Shown piece after piece: positions 1 to 12,100 of a stretch of 64,000 nucleotides of DNA. The DNA lies in the NCBI RefSeq assembly GCF_964194155.1, contig NW_027596458.1, positions 186,001-250,000 on the forward strand, written 5' to 3'. Below the pieces are notes generated by a model. It was not told the origin of the DNA. It searched no databases and saw only the letters and a list, made by a program, of their open reading frames with translations. This DNA is from Cetorhinus maximus (Eukaryota). The position numbers were made by a program, and so were the translations under genes. Within the stretch, counting starts at the first letter, position 1; each line of letters opens with the position of its first letter.

Positions 1-62
1 TGACTGCAAATCCGAGTAAAACCAACCACATCACTGAACAGGATGGTGACATCTGGGAATAC
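1..62 (-). CDS. Gyc88E-like: Soluble guanylate cyclase (Gyc88E-like) exon, start of class III cyclase catalytic domain; partial, continues beyond window start
   Basis: The minus strand reads ...GTCCTTGTTCAG|GTA TTC CCA GAT GTC ACC ATC CTG TTC AGT GAT GTG GTT GGT TTT ACT CGG ATT TGC AGT = VFPDVTILFSDVVGFTRICS, the VTILFSDxVGFT motif of nucleotide cyclases. The acceptor AG is at 64-63, phase 0, matching the donor of the 41617-41763 exon. Not in the ORF track. Confidence 0.93.
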
Positions 63-175
63 CTGAACAAGGACATTAATCACTATTAGACAAGACATTC
101 AGTAGCATCATGACAGCCCGGCATAACGTTCTGTCTTTCATCGTCCCATCATCACTTCCCACAGTGTTTCTCAGC

Positions 176-3100
176 CTCGTCAACTCCCTCCCCGTCTCGT
201 CAGCTGTCTCTCCGTCTCGTCAACTCTCTCTCCGTCTCGTCAACTCCCTCTCCGTCTCGTCAACTCCCTCCCCGTCTCGTCTGCTGTCTCTCCGTCTCGT
301 CAACTCTCTCTCCGTCTCGTCAACTCTCTCTCCGTCTCGTCAACTCCCTCTCCATCTCGTCAACTCCCCCTCCTCGTCAACTCTCTCTCCGTCTCGTCAA
401 CTCCCTCTCCATCTCGTCAACACCCTCTCCTCGTCAACTCTCCGTCTCGTCAACTCCCTCTCCGCCTCGTCAACTCCCTCTCCGTGTCGTCAACTCCCTC
501 CCCGTCTCGTCAACTCCCTCTCCATCTCGTCAACTCTCTCTCCGCCTCGTCAACTCACTCTCCTCGTCAACTCCCTCTCCGCCTCGTCAACTCCCTCCCC
601 GCCTAGTCAACTCTCTCTCCGTCTCGTCAACTCCCTCTCCGTCTCGTCAACTCCCTCTCCGTCTCGTCAACTCCCTCTCCGTCTCGTCAACTCCCTCTCC
701 GCCACATCAACTCCCTCTCCTCGTCAACTCCCTCCCCGTCTCGTCAACTCTCTCTCCGTCTCGTCAACTCCCTCTCCTCATCAACTCTCTCTGCGTCTCG
801 TCAACTCCCTCTCCATCTCGTCAACTCTCTCTCCGCCTCGTCAACTCACTCTCCTCGTCAACTCCCTCTCCGCCTCGTCAACTCCCTCCCCGCCTCGTCA
901 ACTCTCTCTCCGTCTCGTCAACTCCCTCTCAGTCTCGTCAACTCCCTCTCCGTCTCGTCAACTCCCTCTCCGTCTCGTCAACTCCCTCTCCGCCACATCA
1001 ACTCCCTCTCCTCGTCAACTCCCTCCCCGTCTCGTCAACTCTCTCTCCGTCTCGTCAACTCCCTCTCCTCATCAACTCTCTCTGCGTCTCGTCAACTCCC
1101 TCTCCATCTCGTCAACTCACTCTCCTCGTCAACTCTCTCTCCGTCTCATCAACTCGCTCTCCGCCTCGTCAACTCCCTCTCCGTCTCGTCAACTCCCTCT
1201 CCGTCTCGTCAACTCACTCTCCGCCTCGTCAACTCCTTCCCCGTCTCATCAACTCCCTCTCCGTCTCGTCAACTCCCACTCCGTCTCATCAGCTCTCTCT
1301 CCATCGCGTCAACTCCCTCTCCTCGTCAACTCTCTCTCCGTCTCGTCAACTCCCTCTCCGCCTCGTCAACTCTCTCTCCGTCTCGTCAACTCCCTTTCCG
1401 TCTCGTCAACTCCCTCTCCGTCTCGTCAACTCCCTCTCCGCCACGTCAACTCCCTCTCCTCGTCAACTCCATCCCCGTCTCGTCAACTCTCTCTCCGTCT
1501 CGTCAACTCCCTCTCCATCTCGTCAACTCCTTCTCCTCATCAACTCTCTCTCCGTCTCGTCAACTCCCTCTCCATCTCGTCAACTCTCTCTCCTCGTCAA
1601 CTCTCTCTCCGTCTCGTCAGCTCTCTCTCCATCTCGTCAACTCCCTCTCCTCGTCAACTCTCTCTCCGTCTCATCAACTCCCTCTCCGTCTCGTCAACTC
1701 CCTCTCCGCCTCGTCAACTATCTCTCCGTCTCGTCAACTCCCTCTCCATCTGGTCAAGTCCCTCTCCATCTCGTCAACTCTCTCTCCGTCTCGTCAGCTC
1801 TCTCTCCACCTCGTCAACTCCCTCCCCCTCTCGTCAACTCCCTCTCCTCGTCAACTCTCTCTCCGTCTCGTCAACTCCCTCCCCCTCTCGTCAGCTCTCT
1901 CTCTGTCTCGTCAACTCCCTCTCCGTCTGGTCAACTCCCTCTCTGTCTCGTCAACTCCCTCCCCATCTCGTCAGCTCTGTCTCCATCTCGCCAGCTCTCC
2001 CTCCGTCTCATCAGCTCTCTCTCCATCTCGTCAGCTCTCCCTCCATCTCGTCAACTCCCTCCCCGTCTCGTCAGCTCCCTCTCCGTCTCGTCAACTCCCT
2101 CTCCATCTCGTCAACTCCCTCTCCATCTCGTCAACTCCCTCTCCATCTCGTCAACTCCCTCTCCTCGTCAACTCTCTCTCCATCTTGTCAACTCCCTCAC
2201 CGTCTCGTCAGCTCTCTCTCCGTCTCGTCAGCTCTCTCTCCGTCTCGTCAGCTCTCTCTCCGTCTCGTCAGCTCTCTCTCCGTCTCGTCAGCTCTCTCTC
2301 CGTCTCGTCAGCTCTCTCTCGACCTCGTCAACTCCCTCCCCGTCTCGTCAACTCTCTCTCCATCTCGTCAACTCCCTCTCCTCGTCAACTCCCTCTCCGT
2401 CTCGTCAACTCCCTCTCCTCGTCAACTCCCTCCCCGTCTCGTCAACTCTCTCTCGACCTCGTCAACTCTCTCTCCATCTCGTCAACTCCCTCTCCACCTC
2501 GTCAACTCACTCTCCGCCTCGTCAACTCCTTCCCCGTCTCATCAACTCCCTCTCCGTCTCGTCAACTCCCACTCCGTCTCATCAGCTCTCTCTCCATCGC
2601 GTCAACTCCCTCTCCTCGTCAACTGTCTCTCCGTCTCGTCAACTCCCTCTCCGCCTCGTCAACTCTCTCTCCGTCTCGTCAACTCCCTTTCCGTCTCGTC
2701 AACTCCCTCTCCGTCTCGTCAACTCCCTCTCCGCCACGTCAACTCCCTCTCCTCGTCAACTCCATCCCCGTCTCGTCAACTCTCTCTCCGTCTCGTCAAC
2801 TCCCTCTCCATCTCGTCAACTCCTTCTCCTCATCAACTCTCTCTCCGTCTCGTCAACTCCCTCTCCATCTCGTCAACTCTCTCTCCTCGTCAACTCTATC
2901 TCCGTCTCGTCAGCTCTCTCGCCATCTCGTCAACTCCCTCTCCTCGTCAACTCTCTCTCCGTCTCATCAACTCCCTCTCCGTCTCGTCAACTCCCTCTCC
3001 GCCTCGTCAACTATCTCTCCGTCTCGTCAACTCCCTCTCCATCTGGTCAAGTCCCTCTCCATCTCGTCAACTCTCTCTCCTCGTCAACTCTATCTCCGTC

Positions 3101-6100
3101 TCGTCAGCTCTCTCTCCATCTCGTCAACTCCCTCTCCTCGTCAACTCTCTCTCCGTCTCATCAACTCCCTCTCCGTCTCGTCAACTCCCTCTCCGCCTCG
3201 TCAACTATCTCTCCGTCTCGTCAACTCCCTCTCCATCTGGTCAAGTCCCTCTCCATCTCGTCAACTCTCTCTCCGTCTCGTCAGCTCTCTCTCCACCTCG
3301 TCAACTCCCTCCCCGTCTCGTCAACTCCCTCTCCGTCTCGTCAACTCCCTCTCCGTCTCGTCAACTCCCTCTCCGCCTCGTCAACTCCCTTTCCTCGTCA
3401 ACTCCCTCCCCGTCTCGTCAACTCTCTCTCCGTCTCGTCAACTCCATCTCCATCTCGTCAACTCCCTCTCCATCTCGTCAACTCCCTCTCCTCATCAACT
3501 CCCTCTCCGTCTCGTCAACTCACTCTCCGCCTCGTCAACTCCCTCTCCGTCTCGTCAACTCCCTCTCCGCCTCGTCAACTCCCTCCCCGTCTCGTCAACT
3601 CCCTCTCTGTCTCGTCAACTCCCTCTCCGCCTCGTCAACTATCTCTCCGTCTCGTCAACTCCCTCTCCATCTGGTCAAGTCCCTCTCCATCTCGTCAACT
3701 CTCTCTCCGTCTCGTCAGCTCTCTCTCCACCTCGTCAACTCCCTCCCCCTCTCGTCAACTCCCTCTCCTCGTCAACTCTCTCTCCGTCTCGTCAACTCCC
3801 TCCCCCTCTCGTCAGCTCTCTCTCTGTCTCGTCAACTCCCTCTCCGTCTGGTCAACTCCCTCTCTGTCTCGTCAACTCCCTCCCCATCTCGTCAGCTCTG
3901 TCTCCATCTCGCCAGCTCTCCCTCCGTCTCATCAGCTCTCTCTCCATCTCGTCAGCTCTCCCTCCATCTCGTCAACTCCCTCCCCGTCTCGTCAGCTCCC
4001 TCTCCGTCTCGTCAACTCCCTCTCCATCTCGTCAACTCCCTCTCCTCGTCAACTCTCTCTCCATCTTGTCAACTCCCTCACCGTCTCGTCAGCTCTCTCT
4101 CCGTCTCGTCAGCTCTCTCTCCGTCTCATCAGCTCTCTCTCCGTCTCGTCAGCTCTCTCTCCGTCTCGTCAGCTCTCTCTCCGTCTCGTCAGCTCTCTCT
4201 CGACCTCGTCAACTCCCTCCCCGTCTCGTCAACTCTCTCTCCATCTCGTCAACTCCCTCTCCTCGTCAACTCCCTCTCCGTCTCGTCAACTCCCTCTCCT
4301 CGTCAACTCCCTCCCCGTCTCGTCAACTCTCTCTCGACCTCGTCAACTCTCTCTCCATCTCGTCAACTCCCTCTCCGCCTCGTCAACTCCCTTTCCTCGT
4401 CAACTCCCTCCCCGTCTCGTCAACTCTCTCTCCGTCTCGTCAACTCCATCTCCATCTCGTCAACTCCCTCTCCATCTCGTCAACTCCCTCTCCTCATCAA
4501 CTCCCTCTCCGTCTCGTCAACTCACTCTCCGCCTCGTCAACTCCCTCTCCGTCTCGTCAACTCCCTCTCCGCCTCGTCAACTCCCTCCCCGTCTCGTCAA
4601 CTCCCTCTCTGTCTCGTCAACTCCCACTCCGTCTCGTCAACTACCACTCCGTCTCGTCAACTCCCTCTCCGTCTCGTCAACTCCCTCTCCTCGTCAGCTC
4701 TCTCACCGTCTCGTCAGCTCTCTCTCCATCTCGTCAGCTCTCTCTCCAACTCGTCAGCTCTCTCTCCGTCTCGTCAGCTCTCTCTCCGTCTCGTCAGCTC
4801 TCTCTCCGTCTCGTCAGCTCTCTCTCCGTCTCGTCAGCTCTCTCTCCGTCTCATCAACTCCCTCTCCGTCTGGTCAACTCCCTCTCTGTCTCGTCAACTC
4901 CCTCCCCATCTCGTCAGCTCTGTCTCCATCTCGCCAGCTCTCCCTCCCTCTCATCAGCTCCCTCTCCATCTCGTCACCTCTCCCTCCATCTCGTCAACTC
5001 CCTCCCCGTCTCGTCAGCTCCCTCTCCATCTCGTCAACTCCCTCTCTGTCTCATCAACTCCTTCTCCGTCTCGTCAACTCCCTTTCTGTCTCGTCAACTC
5101 CCTCTCCATCTCGTCAGCTGTCTCTGCGTCTCATCAACTCCCTCTCCATCTCGTCAGCTGTCTCTGCGTCTCATCAACTCCCTCTCCATCTCATCAACTC
5201 CCTCTCCTCGTCAACTCCCTCTCCGTCTCGTCAACTCCCTCACCGCCTCGTCAACTCTCTCTCCGTCTCGTCAACTCCTTCCCCGTCTCGTCAACTCCCT
5301 CTCCGTCTCGTCAGCTCTCTCTCCGTCTCGTCAGCTCTCTCTCCGTCTCGTCAACTCCCTCTCCATCTTGTCAACTCCCTCTCCTCGTCAACTCTCTCTC
5401 CGTCTCGTCAACTCCCTCACCGCCTCGTCAACTCTCTCTCCGTCTCGTCAACTCCCTCACCGCCTCGTCAACTCTCTCTCCGTCTTGTCAGCTCTCTCTC
5501 CGTCTCGTCAACGCCCTCTCCATCTTGTCAACTCCCTCTCCTCGTCAACTCTCTCTCCGCCTCGTCAACTCCCTCACCGCCTCGTCAACTCTCTCTCCGT
5601 CTCGTCAACTCCTTCCCCGTCTCGTCAGCTCCCTCTCCATCTCGTCAGCTCTCCTTCCATCTCGTCAACTCCCTCCCCGTCTCGTCAGCTCCCTCTCCGT
5701 CTCGTCAACTCTCTCTCCGTCTCGTCAACTCCCTCTCTGTCTCGTCAACTCCCTCTCCGTCTTGTCAGCTCCCTCTCCATCTCATCAGCTCTCTCTCCGT
5801 CGCGTCAGCTCTCTCTCCATCTCGTCGGCTCTCTCTCCGTCTCGTCAACTCCCTCCCCGTCTCGTCAACGCCCTCCCCGTCTCGTCAACTCCCTCCCCGT
5901 CTCATCAACTCCCACTCCGTCTCGTCAACTCCCTCTCCGTCTCGTCAACTCCCTCTCCGTCTCGTCAACTCCCTCTCCGTCTCGTCAACTCCCTCTCCGT
6001 CTCGTCAGCTCTCTCTCCGTCTCGTCAGCTCTCTCTCCTTCTCGTCAGCTCTCTCTTCGTCTCGTCAGCTCTCTCTCCGTCTCGTCAGCTCTCTCTCCGT

Positions 6101-9100
6101 CTCGTCAGCTCTCTCTCGACCTCGTCAACTCTCTCTCGACCTCATCAACTCACTCCCCGTCTCGTCAACTCCCTCCCCCTCTCGTCAGCTCTCTCTCCGT
6201 CTCGTCAACTCCCTCTCCATCTGGTCAACTCCCTCTCTGTCTCGTCAACTCCCTCCCCATCTCGTCAGCTCTGTCTCCATCTCACCAGCTCTCCCTCCGT
6301 CTCATCAGCTCCCTCTCCATCTCGGCAGCTCTCCCTCCATCTCGTCAACTCCCTCCCCGTCTCGTCAGCTCCCTCTCCATCTCGTCAACTCTCTCTCCGT
6401 CTCGTCAACTCTCTCTCCGTCTCGTCAACTCTCTCTCCGTCTCGTCAACTCCCTCTCTGTCTCGTCAACTCCCTCTCCGTCTCGTCAACTCCCTCTCCGT
6501 CTCGTCAACTCCCTCTCCGCCTCGTCAACTCTCAATCCGTCTCGTCAGCTCTCTCCCCGTCTCGTCAACTCCCTCTCTGTTTCGTCAGCTCTCTCTCCAT
6601 CTTGTCAGCTGTCTCTCCGTCTCGTCCACTCCCTCTCCATCTCGTCAACTCCCTCTCCTCGTCAACTCTCTCTCCGTCTCGTCAACTCCCTCACCGCCTC
6701 GTCAACTCTCTCTCCGTCTCGTCAACTCCTTCCCCGTCTTGTCAACTCCCTCTCCATCTCGTCAACTCCCTCTCTGTCTCGTAAGCTCTCTCTCCGTCTC
6801 GTCAGCTCTCTCTCCGTCTCGTCAACTCCCTCCCCATCTCGTCAGCTCCCTCCCCGTCTCGTCAGCTCCCTCTCCATCTCGTCAACTCCCTCTCCGTCTC
6901 GTCAACTCCCTCTCCGTCTCGTCAACTCCCTTTCTGTCTCATCAACTACCTCTCCGTCTCGTCAGGTCCCTCTCCGTCTCGTCAATTCTCTCTCCGTCAC
7001 GTCAACTCCCTCTCCGTCTCGTCAACTCCCTCTCCGCCTCGTCAACTCTCAATCCGTCTCGTCATCTCTCTCCCCGTCTCGTCAACTCCCTCTCTGTTTC
7101 GTCAGCTCTCTCTCCATCTCGTCAGCTGTCTCTCCATCTCGTCAACTCCCTCTCCTTCTCGTCAACTCCCTCTCCTCGTCAACTCTCTCTCCATCTCATC
7201 AACTCCCTCACCGCCTCGTCAACTCTCTCTCCGTCTCGTCAACTCCTACCCCGTCTCGTCAACTCCCTCTCTGTCTCGTCAGCTCTCTCTCCGTCTCGTC
7301 AGCTCTCTCTCGACCTCGTCAACTCTCTCTCGACCTCGTCAACTCTCTCTCCGTCTCGTCGACTCCCTCTCCACCTCGTCAACTCCCTCTCCGTGTCGTC
7401 AACTCCCTCTCCGTGTCCTCAACTCCTTCCCCGTCTCGTCAACTCCCTATCCGCCTCGTCAACTCCCTCTCCTCGTCAGCTGTCTCTCCGTCTCGTCAGC
7501 TTTCTCTCCGTCTCGTCAACTCTCTCTCCGTCTCGTCAACGCCCTCTCCATCTCGTCAACTCCCTCTCCTCATCAACTCTCTCTCCGTCTCGTCAACTGC
7601 CTCACCGCCTCGTCAACTCTCTCTCCGTCTCGTCAACTCCTTCCCCGTCTCGTCAACTCCCTCTCCGTCTAGTCAGCTCTCTCTCCATCTAGTCAGCTCT
7701 CTCTCCGTCTCATCAGCTCTCTCTCCGTCTCGTCAGCTCTCTCTCCGTCTCGTCAGCTCTCTCTCCGTCTCGTCAGCTCTCTCTCCATCTCGTCAGCTCT
7801 CTCTCCGTCTCGTCAGCTCTCTCTCGACCTCGTCAACTCTCTCTCGACCTCGTCAACTCTCTCTCCATCTGGTCAACTCCCTCTCTCTCTCGTCAACTCC
7901 CTCTCCGTCTCGTCAACTCCCTCCCCGTCTCGTCAGCTCTGTCTCCATCTCGCCAGCTCTCCCTCCGTCTCATCAGCTCTCTCTCCATCTCGTCAGCTCT
8001 GTCTCCATCTCGTCAGCTCTCCCTCCGTCTCGTCAGCTCCCTCTCCATCTCGTCAGCTCTCTCCCCGTCTCGTCAACTCCCTCTCCGTCTCGTCAGCTCT
8101 CTCTCCATCTCGTCAACTCCCTCCCCATCTCGTCAACTCCCCATCTCGTCAACTCCCTCCCCAACTCGTCAGCTCTCTCTCCGTCTCATCAACTCCCTCT
8201 CCATCTCATCAACTCCCTCCCCATCTCGTTAACTCTCTCTCCGTCTCACCAGCTCTCCCTCCATCTCATCAGCTCTCTCTCCATCTTGTCAACTCTCTCT
8301 CCGTCTCGCCAGCTCTCTCTCCGTCTTGTCAGCTACCTCCCCATCTCATCAGCTCTCTCTCCATCATGTCAGCTCTCCCTCCATCTCGTCAACTCTCTCT
8401 CCGTCTCGTCAACTCCCTCTCCATCTCGTCAGCTCCCCCTCCATCTCGTCAACTCCCTCTCCGTCTCGTCAACTCCCTCCCCGTCTCGCCAGCTCTCTCT
8501 CCGTCTCGCCAGCTCTCCCTCCGTCTCATCAGCTCTCTCTCCATCTCGTCAGCTCTCCCTCCGTCTCGTCAACTCCGTCCCCATCTCGTCAGCTCTCTCT
8601 CCGTCTCGTCAACTCCCTCTCTGTCTCGTCAGCTCTCTCTCCATCTCGTCAGCTCCCCCTCCATCTCGTCAACTCCCTCTCCGTCTCGTCAACTCCCTCC
8701 CCATCTCATCAGCTCTCTCTCCGTCTCGTCAGCTCTCTCTCCATCTCGTCAGCTCTCTCTCCATCTCGTCAGCTCTCTCTCCATCTCGTCAGCTCTCCCT
8801 CCATCTCGTCAAATCCCTCCCCATCTCGTCAGCTCTCCCTCCGTCTCGTCAAATCCTTCCCCATCTCGTCAGCTCCCCCTCCATCTCGTCAACTCCCTCT
8901 CCGTCTCGTCAACTCCCTCCCATCTCGTCAGCTCTCCCTCCGTCTCGCCAGCTCTCCCTCTGTCTCAGCAGCTCTCTCTCCATCTCGTCAGCTCTCCCTC
9001 CGTCTCGTCAAATCCCTCCCCATCTCGTCAGCTCTCCCTCCGTCTTGCCAACTCACTCTCCATCTCGTCACCTCCTTCTCCATCTCGTCAACTCCCTCTC

Positions 9101-12100
9101 CATCTTGTCAACTCCTTCTCCATCTTGTCAACTCCCTCCCCATCTCGTCAGCTCTCTCACCGTCTCATCAGCTCTCTCTCCGTCTCGCCAGCTCTCTCTC
9201 CATCTCGTCAGCTCTCTCTCCGTCTCGTCAGCTCTCTCTCCATCTCGTCAGCTCTCTCTCCATCTCGTCAGCTCTCTCTCCAACTCGTCAGCTCTCTCTC
9301 CATCTCGTCAGCTCTCTCTCCGTCTCGTCAGCTCTCTCTCCGTCTCGTCAGCTCTCTCTCCGTCTCGTCAGCTCTCTCTCCGTCTCATCAACTCCCTCTC
9401 CGTCTGGTCAACTCCCTCTCTGTCTCGTCAACTCCCTCCCCATCTCGTCAGCTCTGTCTCCATCTCGCCAGCTCTCCCTCCGTCTCATCAGCTCCCTCTC
9501 CATCTCGTCACCTCTCCCTCCATCTCGTCAACTCCCTCCCCGTCTCGTCAGCTCCCTCTCCATCTCGTCAACTCCCTCTCTGTCTCATCAACTCCCTCTC
9601 CGTCTCGTCAACTCCCTTTCTGTATCGTCAACTCCCTCTCCATCTCGTCAGCTGTCTCTGCGTCTCATCAACTCCCTCTCCATCTCGTCAGCTGTCTCTG
9701 CGTCTCATCAACTCCCTCTCCATCTCATCAACTCCCTCTCCTCGTCAACTCCCTCTCCGTCTCGTCAACTCCCTCACCGCCTCGTCAACTCTCTCTCCGT
9801 CTCGTCAACTCCTTCCCCGTCTCGTCAACTCCCTCTCCGTCTCGTCAGCTCTCTCTCCGTCTCGTCAGCTCTCTCTCCGTCTCGTCAACTCCCTCTCCAT
9901 CTTGTCAACTCCCTCTCCTCGTCAACTCTCTCTCCGTCTCGTCAACTCCCTCACCGCCTCGTCAACTCTCTCTCCGTCTCGTCAACTCCCTCACCACCTC
10001 GTCAACTCTCTCTCCGTCTCGTCAGCTCTCTCTCCGTCTCGTCAACGCCCTCTCCATCTTGTCAACTCCCTCTCCTCGTCAACTCCCTCTCCGTCTCGTC
10101 AAATCCCTCACCGCCTCGTCAACTCTCTCTCCGTCTCGTCAACTCCCTCACCGCCTCATCAACTCTCTCTCCGTCTCGTCAACTCCTTCCCCGTCTCATC
10201 AGCTCCCTCTCCATCTCGTCAGCTCTCCCTCCATCTCGTCAACTCCCTCCCCGTCTCGTCAGCTCCCTCTCTGTCTCGTCAACTCCCTCTCCGTCTCGTC
10301 AGCTCCCTCTCCATCTCATCAGCTCTCTCTCCATCTCGTCAGCTCTCTCTCCATCTCGTCAGCTCTCTCTCCGTCTCGTCAACTCCCTCCCCGTCTCGTC
10401 AACTCCCTCCCCGTCTCGTCAACTCCCACTCCGTCTCGTCAACTCCCACTCCGTCTCGTCAACTCCCTCTCTGTCTCATCAACTCCCTCTCCGTCTCGTC
10501 AACTCCCTCTCCGTCTACTCAACTCCCTCTCCGTCTCGTCAGCTCTCTCTCCGTCTCATCAGCTCTCTCTCCGTCTCGTCAGCTCTGTCTTCATCTCGTC
10601 AGCTCTCTCTCCGTCTCGTCAGCTCTCTCTCCGTCTCGTCAGCTCTCTCTCCGTCTCGTCAGCTCTCTCTCCGTCTCGTCAGCTCTGTCTTCGTCTCGTC
10701 AGCTCCCTCTCCATCTCATCAGCTCTCTCTCCGTCTCGTCAGCTCTCTCTCCATCTCGTCAGCTCTCTCTCCGTCTCGTCAACTCCCTCCCCGTCCTCGT
10801 CAACTCCCTCCCCGTCTCGTCAACTCCCACTCCGTCTCGTCAACTCCCACTCCGTCTCGTCAACTCCCTCTCCGTCTCGTCAACTCCCTCTCCGTCTCGT
10901 CAACTCCCTCTCCGTCTCGTCAACTCACACTCCGTCTCGTCAGCTCTCTCTCCGTCTCGTCAGCTCTCTCTCCGTCTCGTCAGCTCTCTCTTCGTCTCGT
11001 CAGCTCTCTCTCCATCTCGTCAGCTCTCTCTCCGTCTCGTCAACTCCCTCTCCACCTCGTCAACTCCCTCTCCGTGTCGTCAACTCCCTCTACGTGTCCT
11101 CAACTCCTTCCCCGTCTCGTCAACTCCCTATCCGCCTCGTCAACTCCCTCTCCTCGTCAGCTGTCTCTCCGTCTCGTCAACTCTCTCTCCATCTCGTCAT
11201 CTGTCTCCCCATCTCGTCAGCTGTCTCTCCGTCTCGTCAACTCTCTCTCCGTCTCGTCAACGCCCTCTCCATCTCGTCAACTCCCTCTCCTCATCAACTC
11301 TCTCTCCATCTCGTCAACTGCCTCACCGCCTCGTCAACTCTCTCTCCGTCTCGTCAACTCCTTCCCCGTCTCGTCAACTCCCTCTCCGTCTCGTCAGCTC
11401 TCTCTCCGTCTAGTCAGCTCTCTCTCCGTCTCGTCAGCTCTCTCTCCGTCTCGTCAGCTCTCTCTCCGTCTCGTCAGCTCTCTCTCCGTCTCATCAGCTC
11501 TCTCTCCATCTCGTCAGCTCTCTCTCCATCTCGTCAGCTCCCCCTCCATCTCGTCAACTCTCCCTCCGTCTCGTCAACTCCCTCCCCATCTCGTCAGCTC
11601 TCTCTCCGTCTCGTCAACTCCCTCTCTGTCTCGTCAGCTCTCTCTCCATCTCGTCAGCTCCCCCTCCATCTCGTCAACTCCCTCTCCGTCTCATCAACTC
11701 CCTCCCCATCTCATCAGCTCTCTCTCCGTCTCGTCAGCTCTCTCTCCATCTCGTCAGCTCTCTCTCCATCTCGTCAGCTCTCTCTCCATCTCGTCAGCTC
11801 TCCCTCCATCTCGTCAAATCCCTCCCCATCTCGTCAGCTCTCCCTCCGTCTCGTCAAATCCCTCCCCATCTCGTCAGCTCCCCCTCCATCTCGTCAACTC
11901 TCTCCCCGTCTCGTCAGCTCCCTCTCCATCTCGTCAACTCTCTCTCCGTCTCGTCAACTCTCTCTCCGTCTCGTCAACTCTCTCTCCGTCTCGTCAACTC
12001 CCTCTCCGTCTCGTCAACTCCCTCTCCGTCTCGTCAACTCCCTCTCCGCCTCGTCAACTCTCAATCCGTCTCGTCAGCTCTCTCCCCGTCTCGTCAACTC

